The position numbers and the translations under genes are program-made. Shown here piece by piece: positions 28,201 to 42,200 of a DNA stretch of 64,000 nt (position 1 is the stretch's first letter; every line of letters begins with the position of its first letter). The DNA is from Eledone cirrhosa (taxonomy: Eukaryota): positions 136,338,001 through 136,402,000 of the forward strand of contig OZ024744.1 of assembly GCA_964016885.1 (NCBI GenBank). Reading direction: 5' to 3'. The notes under the pieces were generated by a model. It was not told where the DNA came from, did not search any database, and saw only the letters and a program-made list of their open reading frames with translations.

Positions 28201-31200
28201 TGTGTTGAGAGAGAAACTGTGTCCGAGAGTGATAGAATGTAGTGTAAGAGAGAGGAGACTGAGGTGGTATGGACATGTGATGAGTTGAGAGAGAAACTGT
28301 GTCTGATAGGGATAGAATATAGTGTGCGAGAGGAGGAGACTGAGGTGGTATGGACATGTGATGTGTTGAGAGAGAAACTGTCTGAGAGGGATAGAATGTA
28401 GTGTGTGAGAGAAGAGACTGAGGTGGTATGGACATGTGATGTGTTGAGAGAGAAACTGTGTCTGAGAGGGATAGAATGTAGTGTGCGAGAGAGGAGACTG
28501 AGGTGGTATGTACATGTGATGACTTGAGAGAGAAACTGTGTCTGAGAGAGATAGAATGTAGTGTACGAGAGAGGAGACTGAGGTGGTATGTACATGTGAT
28601 GAATTGAGAGAGAAACTGTGTCTGAGAGAGATAGAATGTAGTGTGCGAGAGAGGAGACTGAGGTGGTACGGACATGTGATGTGTTGAGAGAGAAACTGTG
28701 TCTGAGAGGGATAGAATGTAGTGTACGGGAGAGGAGACAGGTGGTATGGACATGTGATGAGTTGAAAGAGAAACTGTGTCTGAGAGGGATAGAATGTAGT
28801 GTGCGAGAGAGGAGACTGAGGTGGTATGAACATGTGATGAGTTGAAAGAGAAACTGTGTCTGAGAGGGATAGAATGTAGTGTGTGAGAGAGGAGACAGGT
28901 GGTATGGACATGTGATGAGTTGAGAGAGAAACTCTGTCTGAGAGGGATAGAATGTAGTGTGCGAGCGAGGAGACTGAGGTGGTATGAACATGTGATGAGT
29001 TGAAAGAGAAACTGTGTCTGAGAGGGATAGAATGTAGTGTGTGAGAGAGGAGACAGGTGGTATGGACATGTGATGAGTTGAGAGAGAAACTGTGTCTGAG
29101 CGGGATAGAATGTAGTGTACGGGAGAGGAGACAGGTGGTATGAACATGTGATGAGTTGAGAAACTGTGTCTGAGAGGGATAGAATGTAGTGTGCGAGAGA
29201 GGAGACTGAGGTGGTATGGACATGTGATGACTTGAGAGAGAAACTGTGTCTGAGAGAGATAGAATGTAGTGTGCGAGAGAGGAGACTGAGGTGGTATGGA
29301 CATGTGATGTGTTGAGAGAGAAACTGTGTCTGAGAGGGATAGAATGTAGTGTACGGGAGAGGAGACAGGTGGTATGGACATGTGATGAGTTGAAAGAGAA
29401 ACTGTGTCTGAGAGGGATAGAATGTAGTGTGCGAGAGAGGAGACTGAGGTGGTATGAACATGTGATGAGTTGAGAGAGAAACTGTGTCTGAGAGGGATAG
29501 AATGTAGTGTGCGAGAGAGGAGACGGAGGTGGTATGGACATGTGATGAGTTGAGAGAGAAACTGTGTCTGAGAGGGATATAATGTAGTGTGCGAGAGAGG
29601 AGACTGAGGTGGTATGGACATGTGATGTGTTGAGAGAGAAACTGTGTCTGAGAGGGATAGAATGTAGTGTGCGAGAGAGGAGACTGAGGTGGTATGGACA
29701 TGTGATGAGTTGAGAGAGAAACTGTCTGAGAGGGATAGAATGTAGTGTGCGAGAGAGGAGACTGAGGTGGTATGTACATGTGATGACTTGAGAGAGAAAC
29801 TGTGTCTGAGAGAGATAGAATGTAGTGTACGAGAGAGGAGACTGAGGTGGTATGTACATGTGATGAATTGAGAGAGAAACTGTGTCTGAGAGAGATAGAA
29901 TGTAGTGTGCGAGAGAGGAGACTGAGGTGGTATGGACATGTGATGTGTTGAGAGAGAAACTGTGTCTGAGAGGGATAGAATGTAGTGTACGGGAGAGGAG
30001 ACAGGTGGTATGGACATGTGATGAGTTGAAAGAGAAACTGTGTCTGAGAGGGATAGAATGTAGTGTGCGAGAGAGGAGACTGAGGTGGTATGAACATGTG
30101 ATGAGTTGAGAGAGAAACTGTGTCTGAGAGGGATAGAATGTAGTGTGCGAGAGAGGAGACGGAGGTGGTATGGACATGTGATGAGTTGAGAGAGAAACTG
30201 TGTCTGAGAGGGATAGAATGTAGTGTACGGGAGAGGAGACAGGTGGTATGAACATGTGATGAGTTGAGAAACTGTGTCTGAGAGGGATAGAATGTAGTGT
30301 GCGAGAGAGGAGACTGAGGTGGTATGGACATGTGATGACTTGAGAGAGAAACTGTGTCTGAGAGAGATAGAATGTAGTGTGTGAGAGAGGAGACTGAGGT
30401 GGTATGGACATGTGATGTGTTGTGAGAGAAACTGTGTCTGAGAGAGATAGAATGTAGTGTGTGAGAGGGGAGACTGAGGTGGTATAGACATGTGATGAGT
30501 TGAGAGAGAAACTGTGACTGAGAGGGATAGAATGTGGTGTGCGAGAGAGGAGACTGAGGTGGTATGGACATGTGATGTGTTGAGAGAGAAACCGTGTCTG
30601 AGAGGGATAGAATGTAGTGTGCGAGAGAGGAGACTGAGGTGCTATGGACATGTGATGTGTCGAGAGAGAAACTGTGTCTGAGAGGGATATAATGTAGTGT
30701 GCAAGAGAGGAGACTGAGGTGGTATGGACATGTGATGTGTTGAGAGAGAAACTGTGTCTGAGAGGGATATAATGTAGTGTGCGAGAGAGGAGACTGAGGT
30801 GGTATGGACATGTGATGTGTTGAGAGAGAAACTGTGTCTGAGAGGGATAGAATGTAGTGTAAGAGAGAGGAGACTGAGGTAGTATGGACATGTGATGAGT
30901 TGAGAGAGAAACTGTGTCTGAGAGGGATAGAATGTAGTGTGCGAGAGAGGAGACTGAGATGGTATGGACATGTGATGTGTTGAGAGAGAAACTGTGTCTG
31001 AGAGGGATAGAATGTAGTGTGCGAGAGAGGAGACTGAGGTGGTATGGACATGTGATGACTTGAGAGAGAAAATGTCTGACAGGGATAGAATGTAGTGTGC
31101 GAGAGGGGAGACTGAGGTAGTATAGACATGTGATGAATTGAGAGAGAAACTGTGTCTGAGAGGGATAGAATGTAGTGTGCGAAAGAGGAGACTGAGGTGG

Positions 31201-34200
31201 TATGGACATGTGATGAGTTGAGAGAGAAACTGTGTCTGAGAGAGATAGAATGTAGTGTGTGAGAGGGGAGACTGAGGTGGTATGGACATGTGATGAGTTG
31301 AGAGAGAAACTGTCTGAGAGGGATAGAATGTAGTGTGCGAGAGAGGAGACTGAGGTGGTATGGACATGTGAAGTGTTGAGAGAGAAACTGTGTCTGAGAG
31401 TGATAGAATGTAGTGTGCGAGAGAGGAGACTGAGGTGGTATGGACATGTGATGAGTTGAGAGAGAAACTGTGTCTGAGAGGGATAGAATATAGTGTGCGA
31501 GAGGAGGAGACTGAGGTGGTATGGACATGTGATGTGTTGAGAGAGAAACTGTGTCCGAGAGTGATAGAATGTAGTGTAAGAGAGAGGAGACTGAGGTGGT
31601 ATGGACATGTGATGAGTTGAGAGAGAAACTGTGTCTGATAGGGATAGAATATAGTGTGCGAGAGGAGGAGACTGAGGTGGTATGGACATGTGATGTGTTG
31701 AGAGAGAAACTGTCTGAGAGGGATAGAATGTAGTGTGTGAGAGAAGAGACTGAGGTGGTATGGACATGTGATGTGTTGAGAGAGAAACTGTGTCTGAGAG
31801 GGATAGAATGTAGTGTGCGAGAGAGGAGACTGAGGTGGTATGTACATGTGATGACTTGAGAGAGAAACTGTGTCTGAGAGAGATAGAATGTAGTGTACGA
31901 GAGAGGAGACTGAGGTGGTATGTACATGTGATGAATTGAGAGAGAAACTGTGTCTGAGAGAGATAGAATGTAGTGTGCGAGAGAGGAGACTGAGGTGGTA
32001 CGGACATGTGATGTGTTGAGAGAGAAACTGTGTCTGAGAGGGATAGAATGTAGTGTACGGGAGAGGAGACAGGTGGTATGGACATGTGATGAGTTGAAAG
32101 AGAAACTGTGTCTGAGAGGGATAGAATGTAGTGTGCGAGAGAGGAGACTGAGGTGGTATGAACATGTGATGAGTTGAAAGAGAAACTGTGTCTGAGAGGG
32201 ATAGAATGTAGTGTGTGAGAGAGGAGACAGGTGGTATGGACATGTGATGAGTTGAGAGAGAAACTCTGTCTGAGAGGGATAGAATGTAGTGTGCGAGCGA
32301 GGAGACTGAGGTGGTATGAACATGTGATGAGTTGAAAGAGAAACTGTGTCTGAGAGGGATAGAATGTAGTGTGTGAGAGAGGAGACAGGTGGTATGGACA
32401 TGTGATGAGTTGAGAGAGAAACTGTGTCTGAGCGGGATAGAATGTAGTGTACGGGAGAGGAGACAGGTGGTATGAACATGTGATGAGTTGAGAAACTGTG
32501 TCTGAGAGGGATAGAATGTAGTGTGCGAGAGAGGAGACTGAGGTGGTATGGACATGTGATGACTTGAGAGAGAAACTGTGTCTGAGAGAGATAGAATGTA
32601 GTGTGTGAGAGAGGAGACTGAGGTGGTATGGACATGTGATGTGTTGTGAGAGAAACTGTGTCTGAGAGAGATAGAATGTAGTGTGTGAGAGGGGAGACTG
32701 AGGTGGTATAGACATGTGATGAGTTGAGAGAGAAACTGTGACTGAGAGGGATAGAATGTGGTGTGCGAGAGAGGAGACTGAGGTGGTATGGACATGTGAT
32801 GTGTTGAGAGAGAAACCGTGTCTGAGAGGGATAGAATGTAGTGTGCGAGAGAGGAGACTGAGGTGCTATGGACATGTGATGTGTCGAGAGAGAAACTGTG
32901 TCTGAGAGGGATATAATGTAGTGTGCGAGAGAGGAGACTGAGGTGGTATGGACATGTGATGTGTTGAGAGAGAAACTGTGTCTGAGAGGGATATAATGTA
33001 GTGTGCGAGAGAGGAGACTGAGGTGGTATGGACATGTGATGTGTTGAGAGAGAAACTGTGTCTGAGAGGGATAGAATGTAGTGTGCGAGAGAGGAGACTG
33101 AGGTGGTATGGACATGTGATGAGTTGAGAGAGAAACTGTCTGAGAGGGATAGAATGTAGTGTGCGAGAGAGGAGACTGAGGTGGTATGGACATGTGATGT
33201 GTTGAGAGAGAAACTGTGTCTGAGAAGGATAGAATGTAGTGTGCGAGAGAGGAGACTGAGGTGGTATGGACATGTGATGACTTGAGAGAGAAACTGTCTG
33301 AGAGGGATAGAATGTAGTGTGCGAGAGGGGAGACTGAGGTAGTATAGACATGTGATGAATTGAGAGAGAAACTGTGTCTGAGAGGGATAGAATGTAGTGT
33401 ACGGGAGAGGAGACTGAGGTGGTATGAACATGTGATGAGTTGAGAGAGAAACTGTGTCTGAGAGGGATAGAATGTAGTGTGCGAGAGAGGAGACTGAGGT
33501 GGTATGGACATGTGATGAGTTGAGAGAGAAACTGTGTCTGAGAGAGATAGAATGTAGTGTGTGAGAGGAGAGACTGAGGTGGTATGGACATGTGATGAGT
33601 TGAGAGAGAAACTGTCTGAGAGGGATAGAATGTAGTGTGCGAGAGAGGAGACTGAGGTGGTATGGACATGTGAAGTGTTGAGAGAGAAACTGTGTCTGAG
33701 AGAGATAGAATGAAGTGTGCGAGAGAGGAGACAGGTGGTATGGACATGTGATGAGTTGAGAGAGAAACTGTGTCTGAGAGGGATAGAATGTAGTCTGTGA
33801 GAGAGGGGACTGAGGTGGTATGGACATGTGATGTGTTGAGAGAGAAACTGTGTCTGAGAGGGATATAATGTAGTGTGCGAGAGAGGAGACTGAGGTGGTA
33901 TGGACATGTGATGTGTTGAGAGAGAAACTGTGTCTGAGAGGGATAGAATGTAGTGTGCGAGAGAGGAGACTGAGGTGGTATGGACATGTGATGAGTTGAG
34001 AGAGAAACTGTGTCTGAGAGGGATAGAATGTAGTGTAAGAGAGAGGAGACTGAGGTAGTATGGACATGTGATGAGTTGAGAGAGAAACTGTGTCTGAGAG
34101 GGATAGAATGTAGTGTGCGAGAGAGGAGACTGAGATGGTATGGACATGTGATGTGTTGAGAGAGAAACTGTGTCTGAGAGGGATAGAATGTAGTGTGCGA

Positions 34201-34221
34201 GAGAGGAGACTGAGGTGGTAT
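13206..34221. repeat. 10,478-bp higher-order tandem duplication of satellite (2 copies)
   Basis: Diagnostic variants recur at an exact 10,478 offset (13972/24450, 20164/30642, 22388/32866, 15481/25959, 17625/28103). The two 2013-aa artefact ORFs look identical. Boundaries are approximate. Confidence 0.9.
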
Positions 34222-34929
34222 GGACATGTGATGACTTGAGAGAGAAACTGTCTGACAGGGATAGAATGTAGTGTGCGAGAGGGGAGACTGAGGTAGTATA
34301 GACATGTGATGAATTGAGAGAGAAACTGTGTCTGAGAGGGATAGAATGTAGTGTGCGAAAGAGGAGACTGAGGTGGTATGGACATGTGATGAGTTGAGAG
34401 AGAAACTGTGTCTGAGAGAGATAGAATGTAGTGTGTGAGAGAGGAGACTGAGGTGGTATGGACATGTGATGTGTTGAGAGAGAAACTGTGTCTGAGAGAG
34501 ATAGAATGTAGTGTGTGAGAGGGGAGACTGAGGTGGTATGGACATGTGATGAGTTGAGAGAGAAACTGTCTGAGAGGGATAGAATGTAGTGTGCGAGAGA
34601 GGAGACTGAGGTGGTATGGACATGTGAAGTGTTGAGAGAGAAACTGTGTCTGAGAGTGATAGAATGTAGTGTAAGAGAGAGGAGACTGAGGTGGTATGGA
34701 CATGTGATGAGTTGAGAGAGAAACTGTGTCTGAGAGGGATAGAATATAGTGTGCGAGAGGAGGAGACTGAGGTGGTATGGACATGTGATGTGTTGAGAGA
34801 GAAACTGTGTCCGAGAGTGATAGAATGTAGTGTAAGAGAGAGGAGACTGAGGTGGTATGGACATGTGATGAGTTGAGAGAGAAACTGTGTCTGATAGGGA
34901 TAGAATATAGTGTGCGAGAGGAGGAGACT

Positions 34930-37900
34930 GAGGTGGTATGGACATGTGAAGTGTTGAGAGAGAAACTGTGTCTGAGAGAGATAGAATGAAGTGTGCGAGA
35001 GAGGAGACAGGTGGTATGGACATGTGATGAGTTGAGAGAGAAACTGTGTCTGAGAGGGATAGAATGTAGTCTGTGAGAGAGGGGACTGAGGTGGTATGGA
35101 CATGTGATGTGTTGAGAGAGAAACTGTCTGAGAGGGATAGAATGTAGTGTGTGAGAGAAGAGACTGAGGTGGTATGGACATGTGATGTGTTGAGAGAGAA
35201 ACTGTGTCTGAGAGGGATAGAATGTAGTGTGCGAGAGAGGAGACTGAGGTGGTATGTACATGTGATGACTTGAGAGAGAAACTGTGTCTGAGAGAGATAG
35301 AATGTAGTGTACGAGAGAGGAGACTGAGGTGGTATGTACATGTGATGAATTGAGAGAGAAACTGTGTCTGAGAGAGATAGAATGTAGTGTGCGAGAGAGG
35401 AGACTGAGGTGGTATGGACATGTGATGTGTTGAGAGAGAAACTGTGTCTGAGAGGGATAGAATGTAGTGTACGGGAGAGGAGACAGGTGGTATGGACATG
35501 TGATGAGTTGAAAGAGAAACTGTGTCTGAGAGGGATAGAATGTAGTGTGCGAGAGAGGAGACTGAGGTGGTATGAACATGTGATGAGTTGAAAGAGAAAC
35601 TGTGTCTGAGAGGGATAGAATGTAGTGTGTGAGAGAGGAGACAGGTGGTATGGACATGTGATGAGTTGAGAGAGAAACTCTGTCTGAGAGGGATAGAATG
35701 TAGTGTGCGAGAGAGGAGACTGAGGTGGTATGAACATGTGATGAGTTGAAAGAGAAACTGTGTCTGAGAGGGATAGAATGTAGTGTGTGAGAGAGGAGAC
35801 AGGTGGTGTGGACATGTGATGAGTTGAGAGAGAAACTGTGTCTGAGAGGTATAGAATGTAGTGTGCGAGAGAGGAGACTGAGGTGGTATGGACATGTGAT
35901 GAGTTGAGAGAGAAACTGTGTCTGAGAGGGATAGAATGTAGTGTGCGAGAGAGGAGACGGAGGTGGTATGGACATGTGATGAGTTGAGAGAGAAACTGTG
36001 TCAGAGAGGGATAGAATGTAGTGTACGGGAGAGGAGACAGGTGGTATGAACATGTGATGAGTTGAGAAACTGTGTCTGAGAGGGATAGAATGTAGTGTGC
36101 GAGAGAGGAGACTGAGGTGGTATGGACATGTGATGACTTGAGAGAGAAACTGTGTCTGAGAGAGATAGAATGTAGTGTGTGAGAGAGGAGACTGAGGTGG
36201 TATGGACATGTGATGTGTTGTGAGAGAAACTGTGTCTGAGAGAGATAGAATGTAGTGTGTGAGAGGGGAGACTGAGGTGGTATAGACATGTGATGAGTTG
36301 AGAGAGAAACTGTGACTGAGAGGGATAGAATGTGGTGTGCGAGAGAGGAGACTGAGGTGGTATGGACATGTGATGTGTTGAGAGAGAAACCGTGTCTGAG
36401 AGGGATAGAATGTAGTGTGCGAGAGAGGAGACTGAGGTGCTATGGACATGTGATGTGTCGAGAGAGAAACTGTGTCTGAGAGGGATATAATGTAGTGTGC
36501 GAGAGAGGAGACTGAGGTGGTATGGACATGTGATGTGTTGAGAGAGAAACTGTGTCTGAGAGGGATATAATGTAGTGTGCGAGAGAGGAGACTGAGGTGG
36601 TATGGACATGTGATGTGTTGAGAGAGAAACTGTGTCTGAGAGGGATAGAATGTAGTGTGCGAGAGAGGAGACTGAGGTGGTATGGACATGTGATGAGTTG
36701 AGAGAGAAACTGTCTGAGAGGGATAGAATGTAGTGTGTGAGAGAGGAGACTGAGGTGGTATGGACATGTGATGTGTTGAGAGAGAAACTGTGTCTGAGAG
36801 GGATAGAATGTAGTGTGCGAGAGAGGAGACTGAGGTGGTATGGACATGTGATGACTTGAGAGAGAAACTGTCTGACAGGGATAGAATGTAGTGTGCGAGA
36901 GGGGAGACTGAGGTAGTATAGACATGTGATGAATTGAGAGAGAAACTGTGTCTGAGAGGGATAGAATGTAGTGTGCGAAAGAGGAGACTGAGGTGGTATG
37001 GACATGTGATGAGTTGAGAGAGAAACTGTGTCTGAGAGAGATAGAATGTAGTGTGTGAGAGAGGAGACTGAGGTGGTATGGACATGTGATGTGTTGAGAG
37101 AGAAACTGTGTCTGAGAGAGATAGAATGTAGTGTGTGAGAGGGGAGACTGAGGTGGTATGGACATGTGATGAGTTGAGAGAGAAACTGTCTGAGAGGGAT
37201 AGAATGTAGTGTGCGAGAGAGGAGACTGAGGTGGTATGGACATGTGAAGTGTTGAGAGAGAAACTGTGTCTGAGAGTGATAGAATGTAGTGTAAGAGAGA
37301 GGAGACTGAGGTGGTATGGACATGTGATGAGTTGAGAGAGAAACTGTGTCTGATAGGGATAGAATATAGTGTGCGAGAGGAGGAAACTGAGGTGGTATGG
37401 ACATGTGAAGTGTTGAGAGAGAAACTGTGTCTGAGAGAGATAGAATGAAGTGTGCGAGAGAGGAGACAGGTGGTATGGACATGTGATGAGTTGAGAGAGA
37501 AACTGTGTCTGAGAGGGATAGAATGTAGTCTGTGAGAGAGGGGACTGAGGTGGTATGGACATGTGATGTGTTGAGAGAGAAACTGTCTGAGAGGGATAGA
37601 ATGTAGTGTGTGAGAGAAGAGACTGAGGTGGTATGGACATGTGATGTGTTGAGAGAGAAACTGTGTCTGAGAGGGATAGAATGTAGTGTGCGAGAGAGGA
37701 GACTGAGGTGGTATGTACATGTGATGACTTGAGAGAGAAACTGTGTCTGAGAGAGATAGAATGTAGTGTACGAGAGAGGAGACTGAGGTGGTATGTACAT
37801 GTGATGAATTGAGAGAGAAACTGTGTCTGAGAGAGATAGAATGTAGTGTGCGAGAGAGGAGACTGAGGTGGTATGGACATGTGATGTGTTGAGAGAGAAA

Positions 37901-39200
37901 CTGTGTCTGAGAGGGATAGAATGTAGTGTACGGGAGAGGAGACAGGTGGTATGGACATGTGATGAGTTGAAAGAGAAACTGTGTCTGAGAGGGATAGAAT
38001 GTAGTGTGCGAGAGAGGAGACTGAGGTGGTATGAACATGTGATGAGTTGAAAGAGAAACTGTGTCTGAGAGGGATAGAATGTAGTGTGTGAGAGAGGAGA
38101 CAGGTGGTATGGACATGTGATGAGTTGAGAGAGAAACTCTGTCTGAGAGGGATAGAATGTAGTGTGCGAGAGAGGAGACTGAGGTGGTATGAACATGTGA
38201 TGAGTTGAAAGAGAAACTGTGTCTGAGAGGGATAGAATGTAGTGTGTGAGAGAGGAGACAGGTGGTGTGGACATGTGATGAGTTGAGAGAGAAACTGTGT
38301 CTGAGAGGTATAGAATGTAGTGTGCGAGAGAGGAGACTGAGGTGGTATGGACATGTGATGAGTTGAGAGAGAAACTGTGTCTGAGAGGGATAGAATGTAG
38401 TGTGCGAGAGAGGAGACGGAGGTGGTATGGACATGTGATGAGTTGAGAGAGAAACTGTGTCAGAGAGGGATAGAATGTAGTGTACGGGAGAGGAGACAGG
38501 TGGTATGAACATGTGATGAGTTGAGAAACTGTGTCTGAGAGGGATAGAATGTAGTGTGCGAGAGAGGAGACTGAGGTGGTATGGACATGTGATGACTTGA
38601 GAGAGAAACTGTGTCTGAGAGAGATAGAATGTAGTGTGTGAGAGAGGAGACTGAGGTGGTATGGACATGTGATGTGTTGTGAGAGAAACTGTGTCTGAGA
38701 GAGATAGAATGTAGTGTGTGAGAGGGGAGACTGAGGTGGTATAGACATGTGATGAGTTGAGAGAGAAACTGTGACTGAGAGGGATAGAATGTGGTGTGCG
38801 AGAGAGGAGACTGAGGTGGTATGGACATGTGATGTGTTGAGAGAGAAACCGTGTCTGAGAGGGATAGAATGTAGTGTGCGAGAGAGGAGACTGAGGTGCT
38901 ATGGACATGTGATGTGTCGAGAGAGAAACTGTGTCTGAGAGGGATATAATGTAGTGTGCGAGAGAGGAGACTGAGGTGGTATGGACATGTGATGTGTTGA
39001 GAGAGAAACTGTGTCTGAGAGGGATATAATGTAGTGTGCGAGAGAGGAGACTGAGGTGGTATGGACATGTGATGTGTTGAGAGAGAAACTGTGTCTGAGA
39101 GGGATAGAATGTAGTGTGCGAGAGAGGAGACTGAGGTGGTATGGACATGTGATGAGTTGAGAGAGAAACTGTCTGAGAGGGATAGAATGTAGTGTGTGAG
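34930..39200. repeat. 2,459-bp higher-order duplication
   Basis: Rare variants GTCAGA (36001/38460), GAGGTATA and GGTGTGG recur at offset 2459, as does the 36440/38899 marker. Boundaries are approximate. Confidence 0.8.
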
Positions 39201-42200
39201 AGAGGAGACTGAGGTGGTATGGACATGTGATGTGTTGAGAGAGAAACTGTGTCTGAGAAGGATAGAATGTAGTGTGCGAGAGAGGAGACTGAGGTGGTAT
39301 GGACATGTGATGACTTGAGAGAGAAACTGTCTGAGAGGGATAGAATGTAGTGTGCGAGAGGGGAGACTGAGGTAGTATAGACATGTGATGAATTGAGAGA
39401 GAAACTGTGTCTGAGAGGGATAGAATGTAGTGTACGGGAGAGGAGACTGAGGTGGTATGAACATGTGATGAGTTGAGAGAGAATCTGTGTCTGAGAGGGA
39501 TAGAATGTAGTGTGCGAGAGAGGAGACTGAGGTGGTATGGACATGTGATGAGTTGAGAGAGAAACTGTGTCTGAGAGAGATAGAATGTAGTGTGTGAGAG
39601 AGGAGACTGAGGTGGTATGGACATGTGATGTGTTGAGAGAGAAACTGTGTCTGAGAGAGATAGAATGTAGTGTGTGAGAGGAGAGACTGAGGTGGTATGG
39701 ACATGTGATGAGTTGAGAGAGAAACTGTCTGAGAGGGATAGAATGTAGTGTGCGAGAGAGGAGACTGAGGTGGTATGGACATGTGATGTGTTGAGAGAGA
39801 AACTGTGTCTGAGAGGGATAGAATGTAGTGTGCGAGAGAGGAGACTGAGGTGGTATGGACATGTGATGAGTTGAGAGAGAAACTGTGTCTGAGAGGGATA
39901 GAATGTAGTGTGCGAGAGAGGAGACTGAGGTGGTATGGACATGTGAAGTGTTGAGAGAGAAACTGTGTCTGAGAGAGATAGAATGTAGTGTGCGAGAGAG
40001 GAGACTGAGGTGGTATGGACATGTGATGAGTTGAGAGAGAAACTGTGTCTGAGAGGGATAGAATGTAGTGTGCGAGAGAGGAGACTGAGGTGGTATGGAC
40101 ATGTGAAGTGTTGAGAGAGAAACTGTGTCTGAGAGAGATAGAATGAAGTGTGCGAGAGAGGAGACAGGTGGTATGGACATGTGATGAGTTGAGAGAGAAA
40201 CTGTGTCTGAGAGGGATAGAATGTAGTCTGTGAGAGAGGGGACTGAGGTGGTATGGACATGTGATGTGTTGAGAGAGAAACTGTGTCTGAGAGGGATATA
40301 ATGTAGTGTGCGAGAGAGGAGACTGAGGTGGTATGGACATGTGATGTGTTGAGAGAGAAACTGTGTCTGAGAGGGATAGAATGTAGTGTGCGAGAGAGGA
40401 GACTGAGGTGGTATGGACATGTGATGTGTTGAGAGAGAAACTGTGTCTGAGAGGGATAGAATGTAGTGTGCGAGAGAGGAGACTGAGGTGGTATGGACAT
40501 GTGATGAGTTGAGAGGGATAGAATGTAGTGTAAGAGAGAGGAGACTGAGGTAGTATGGACATGTGATGAGTTGAGAGAGAAACTGTGTCTGAGAGGGATA
40601 GAATGTAGTGTGCGAGAGAGGAGACTGAGGTGGTATGGACATGTGATGTGTTGAGAGAGAAACTGTGTCTGAGAGGGATAGAATGTACTGTGCGAGAGAG
40701 GAGACTGAGGTGGTATGGACATGTGATGAGTTGAGAGAGAAACTGTGTCTGAGAGGGATAGAATGTAGTGTGCGAGAGAGGAGACTGAGATGGTATGGAC
40801 ATGTGATGTGTTGAGAGAGAAACTGTGTCTGAGAGGGATAGAATGTAGTGTGCGAGAGAGGAGACTGAGGTGGTATGGACATGTGATGACTTGAGAGAGA
40901 AACTGTCTGACAGGGATAGAATGTAGTGTGCGAGAGGGGAGACTGAGGTAGTATAGACATGTGATGAATTGAGAGAGAAACTGTGTCTGAGAGGGATAGA
41001 ATGTAGTGTGCGAAAGAGGAGACTGAGGTGGTATGGACATGTGATGAGTTGAGAGAGAAACTGTGTCTGAGAGAGATAGAATGTAGTGTGTGAGAGAGGA
41101 GACTGAGGTGGTATGGACATGTGATGACTTGAGAGAGAAACTGTCTGAGAGGGATAGAATGTAGTGTGTGAGAGAGGAGACTGAGGTGGTATGGACATGT
41201 GATGTGTTGTGAGAGAAACTGTGTCTGAGAGAGATAGAATGTAGTGTGTGAGAGGGGAGACTGAGGTGGTATAGACATGTGATGAGTTGAGAGAGAAACT
41301 GTGTCTGAGAGGGATAGAATGTAGTGTACGGGAGAGGAGACTGAGGTGGTATGAACATGTGATGAGTTGAGAGAGAAACTGTGTCTGAGAGGGATAGAAT
41401 GTAGTGTGTGAGAGGAGAGACTGAGGTGGTATGGACATGTGATGAGTTGAGATAGAAACTGTCTGAGAGGGATAGAATGTAGTGTGCGAGAGAGGAGACT
41501 GAGGTGGTATGGACATGTGAAGTGTTGAGAGAGAAACTGTGTCTGAGAGAGATAGAATGAAGTGTGCGAGAGAGGAGACAGGTGGTATGGACATGTGATG
41601 AGTTGAGAGAGAAACTGTGTCTGAGAGGGATAGAATGTAGTCTGTGAGAGAGGGGACTGAGGTGGTATGGACATGTGATGTGTTGAGAGAGAAACTGTGT
41701 CTGAGAGGGATATAATGTAGTGTGCGAGAGAGGAGACTGAGGTGGTATGGACATGTGATGTGTTGAGAGAGAAACTGTGTCTGAGAGGGATAGAATGTAG
41801 TGTGCGAGAGAGGAGACTGAGGTGGTATGGACATGTGATGTGTTGAGAGAGAAACTGTGTCTGAGAGGGATAGAATGTAGTGTGCGAGAGAGGAGACTGA
41901 GGTGGTATGGACATGTGATGAGTTGAGAGAGAAACTGTGTCTGAGAGGGATAGAATGTAGTGTAAGAGAGAGGAGACTGAGGTAGTATGGACATGTGATG
42001 AGTTGAGAGAGAAACTGTGTCTGAGAGGGATAGAATGTAGTGTGCGAGAGAGGAGACTGAGGTGGTATGGACATGTGATGTGTTGAGAGAGAAACTGTGT
42101 CTGAGAGGGATAGAATGTAGTGTGCGAGAGAGGAGACTGAGGTGGTATGGACATGTGATGAGTTGAGAGAGAAACTGTGTCTGAGAGGGATAGAATGTAG

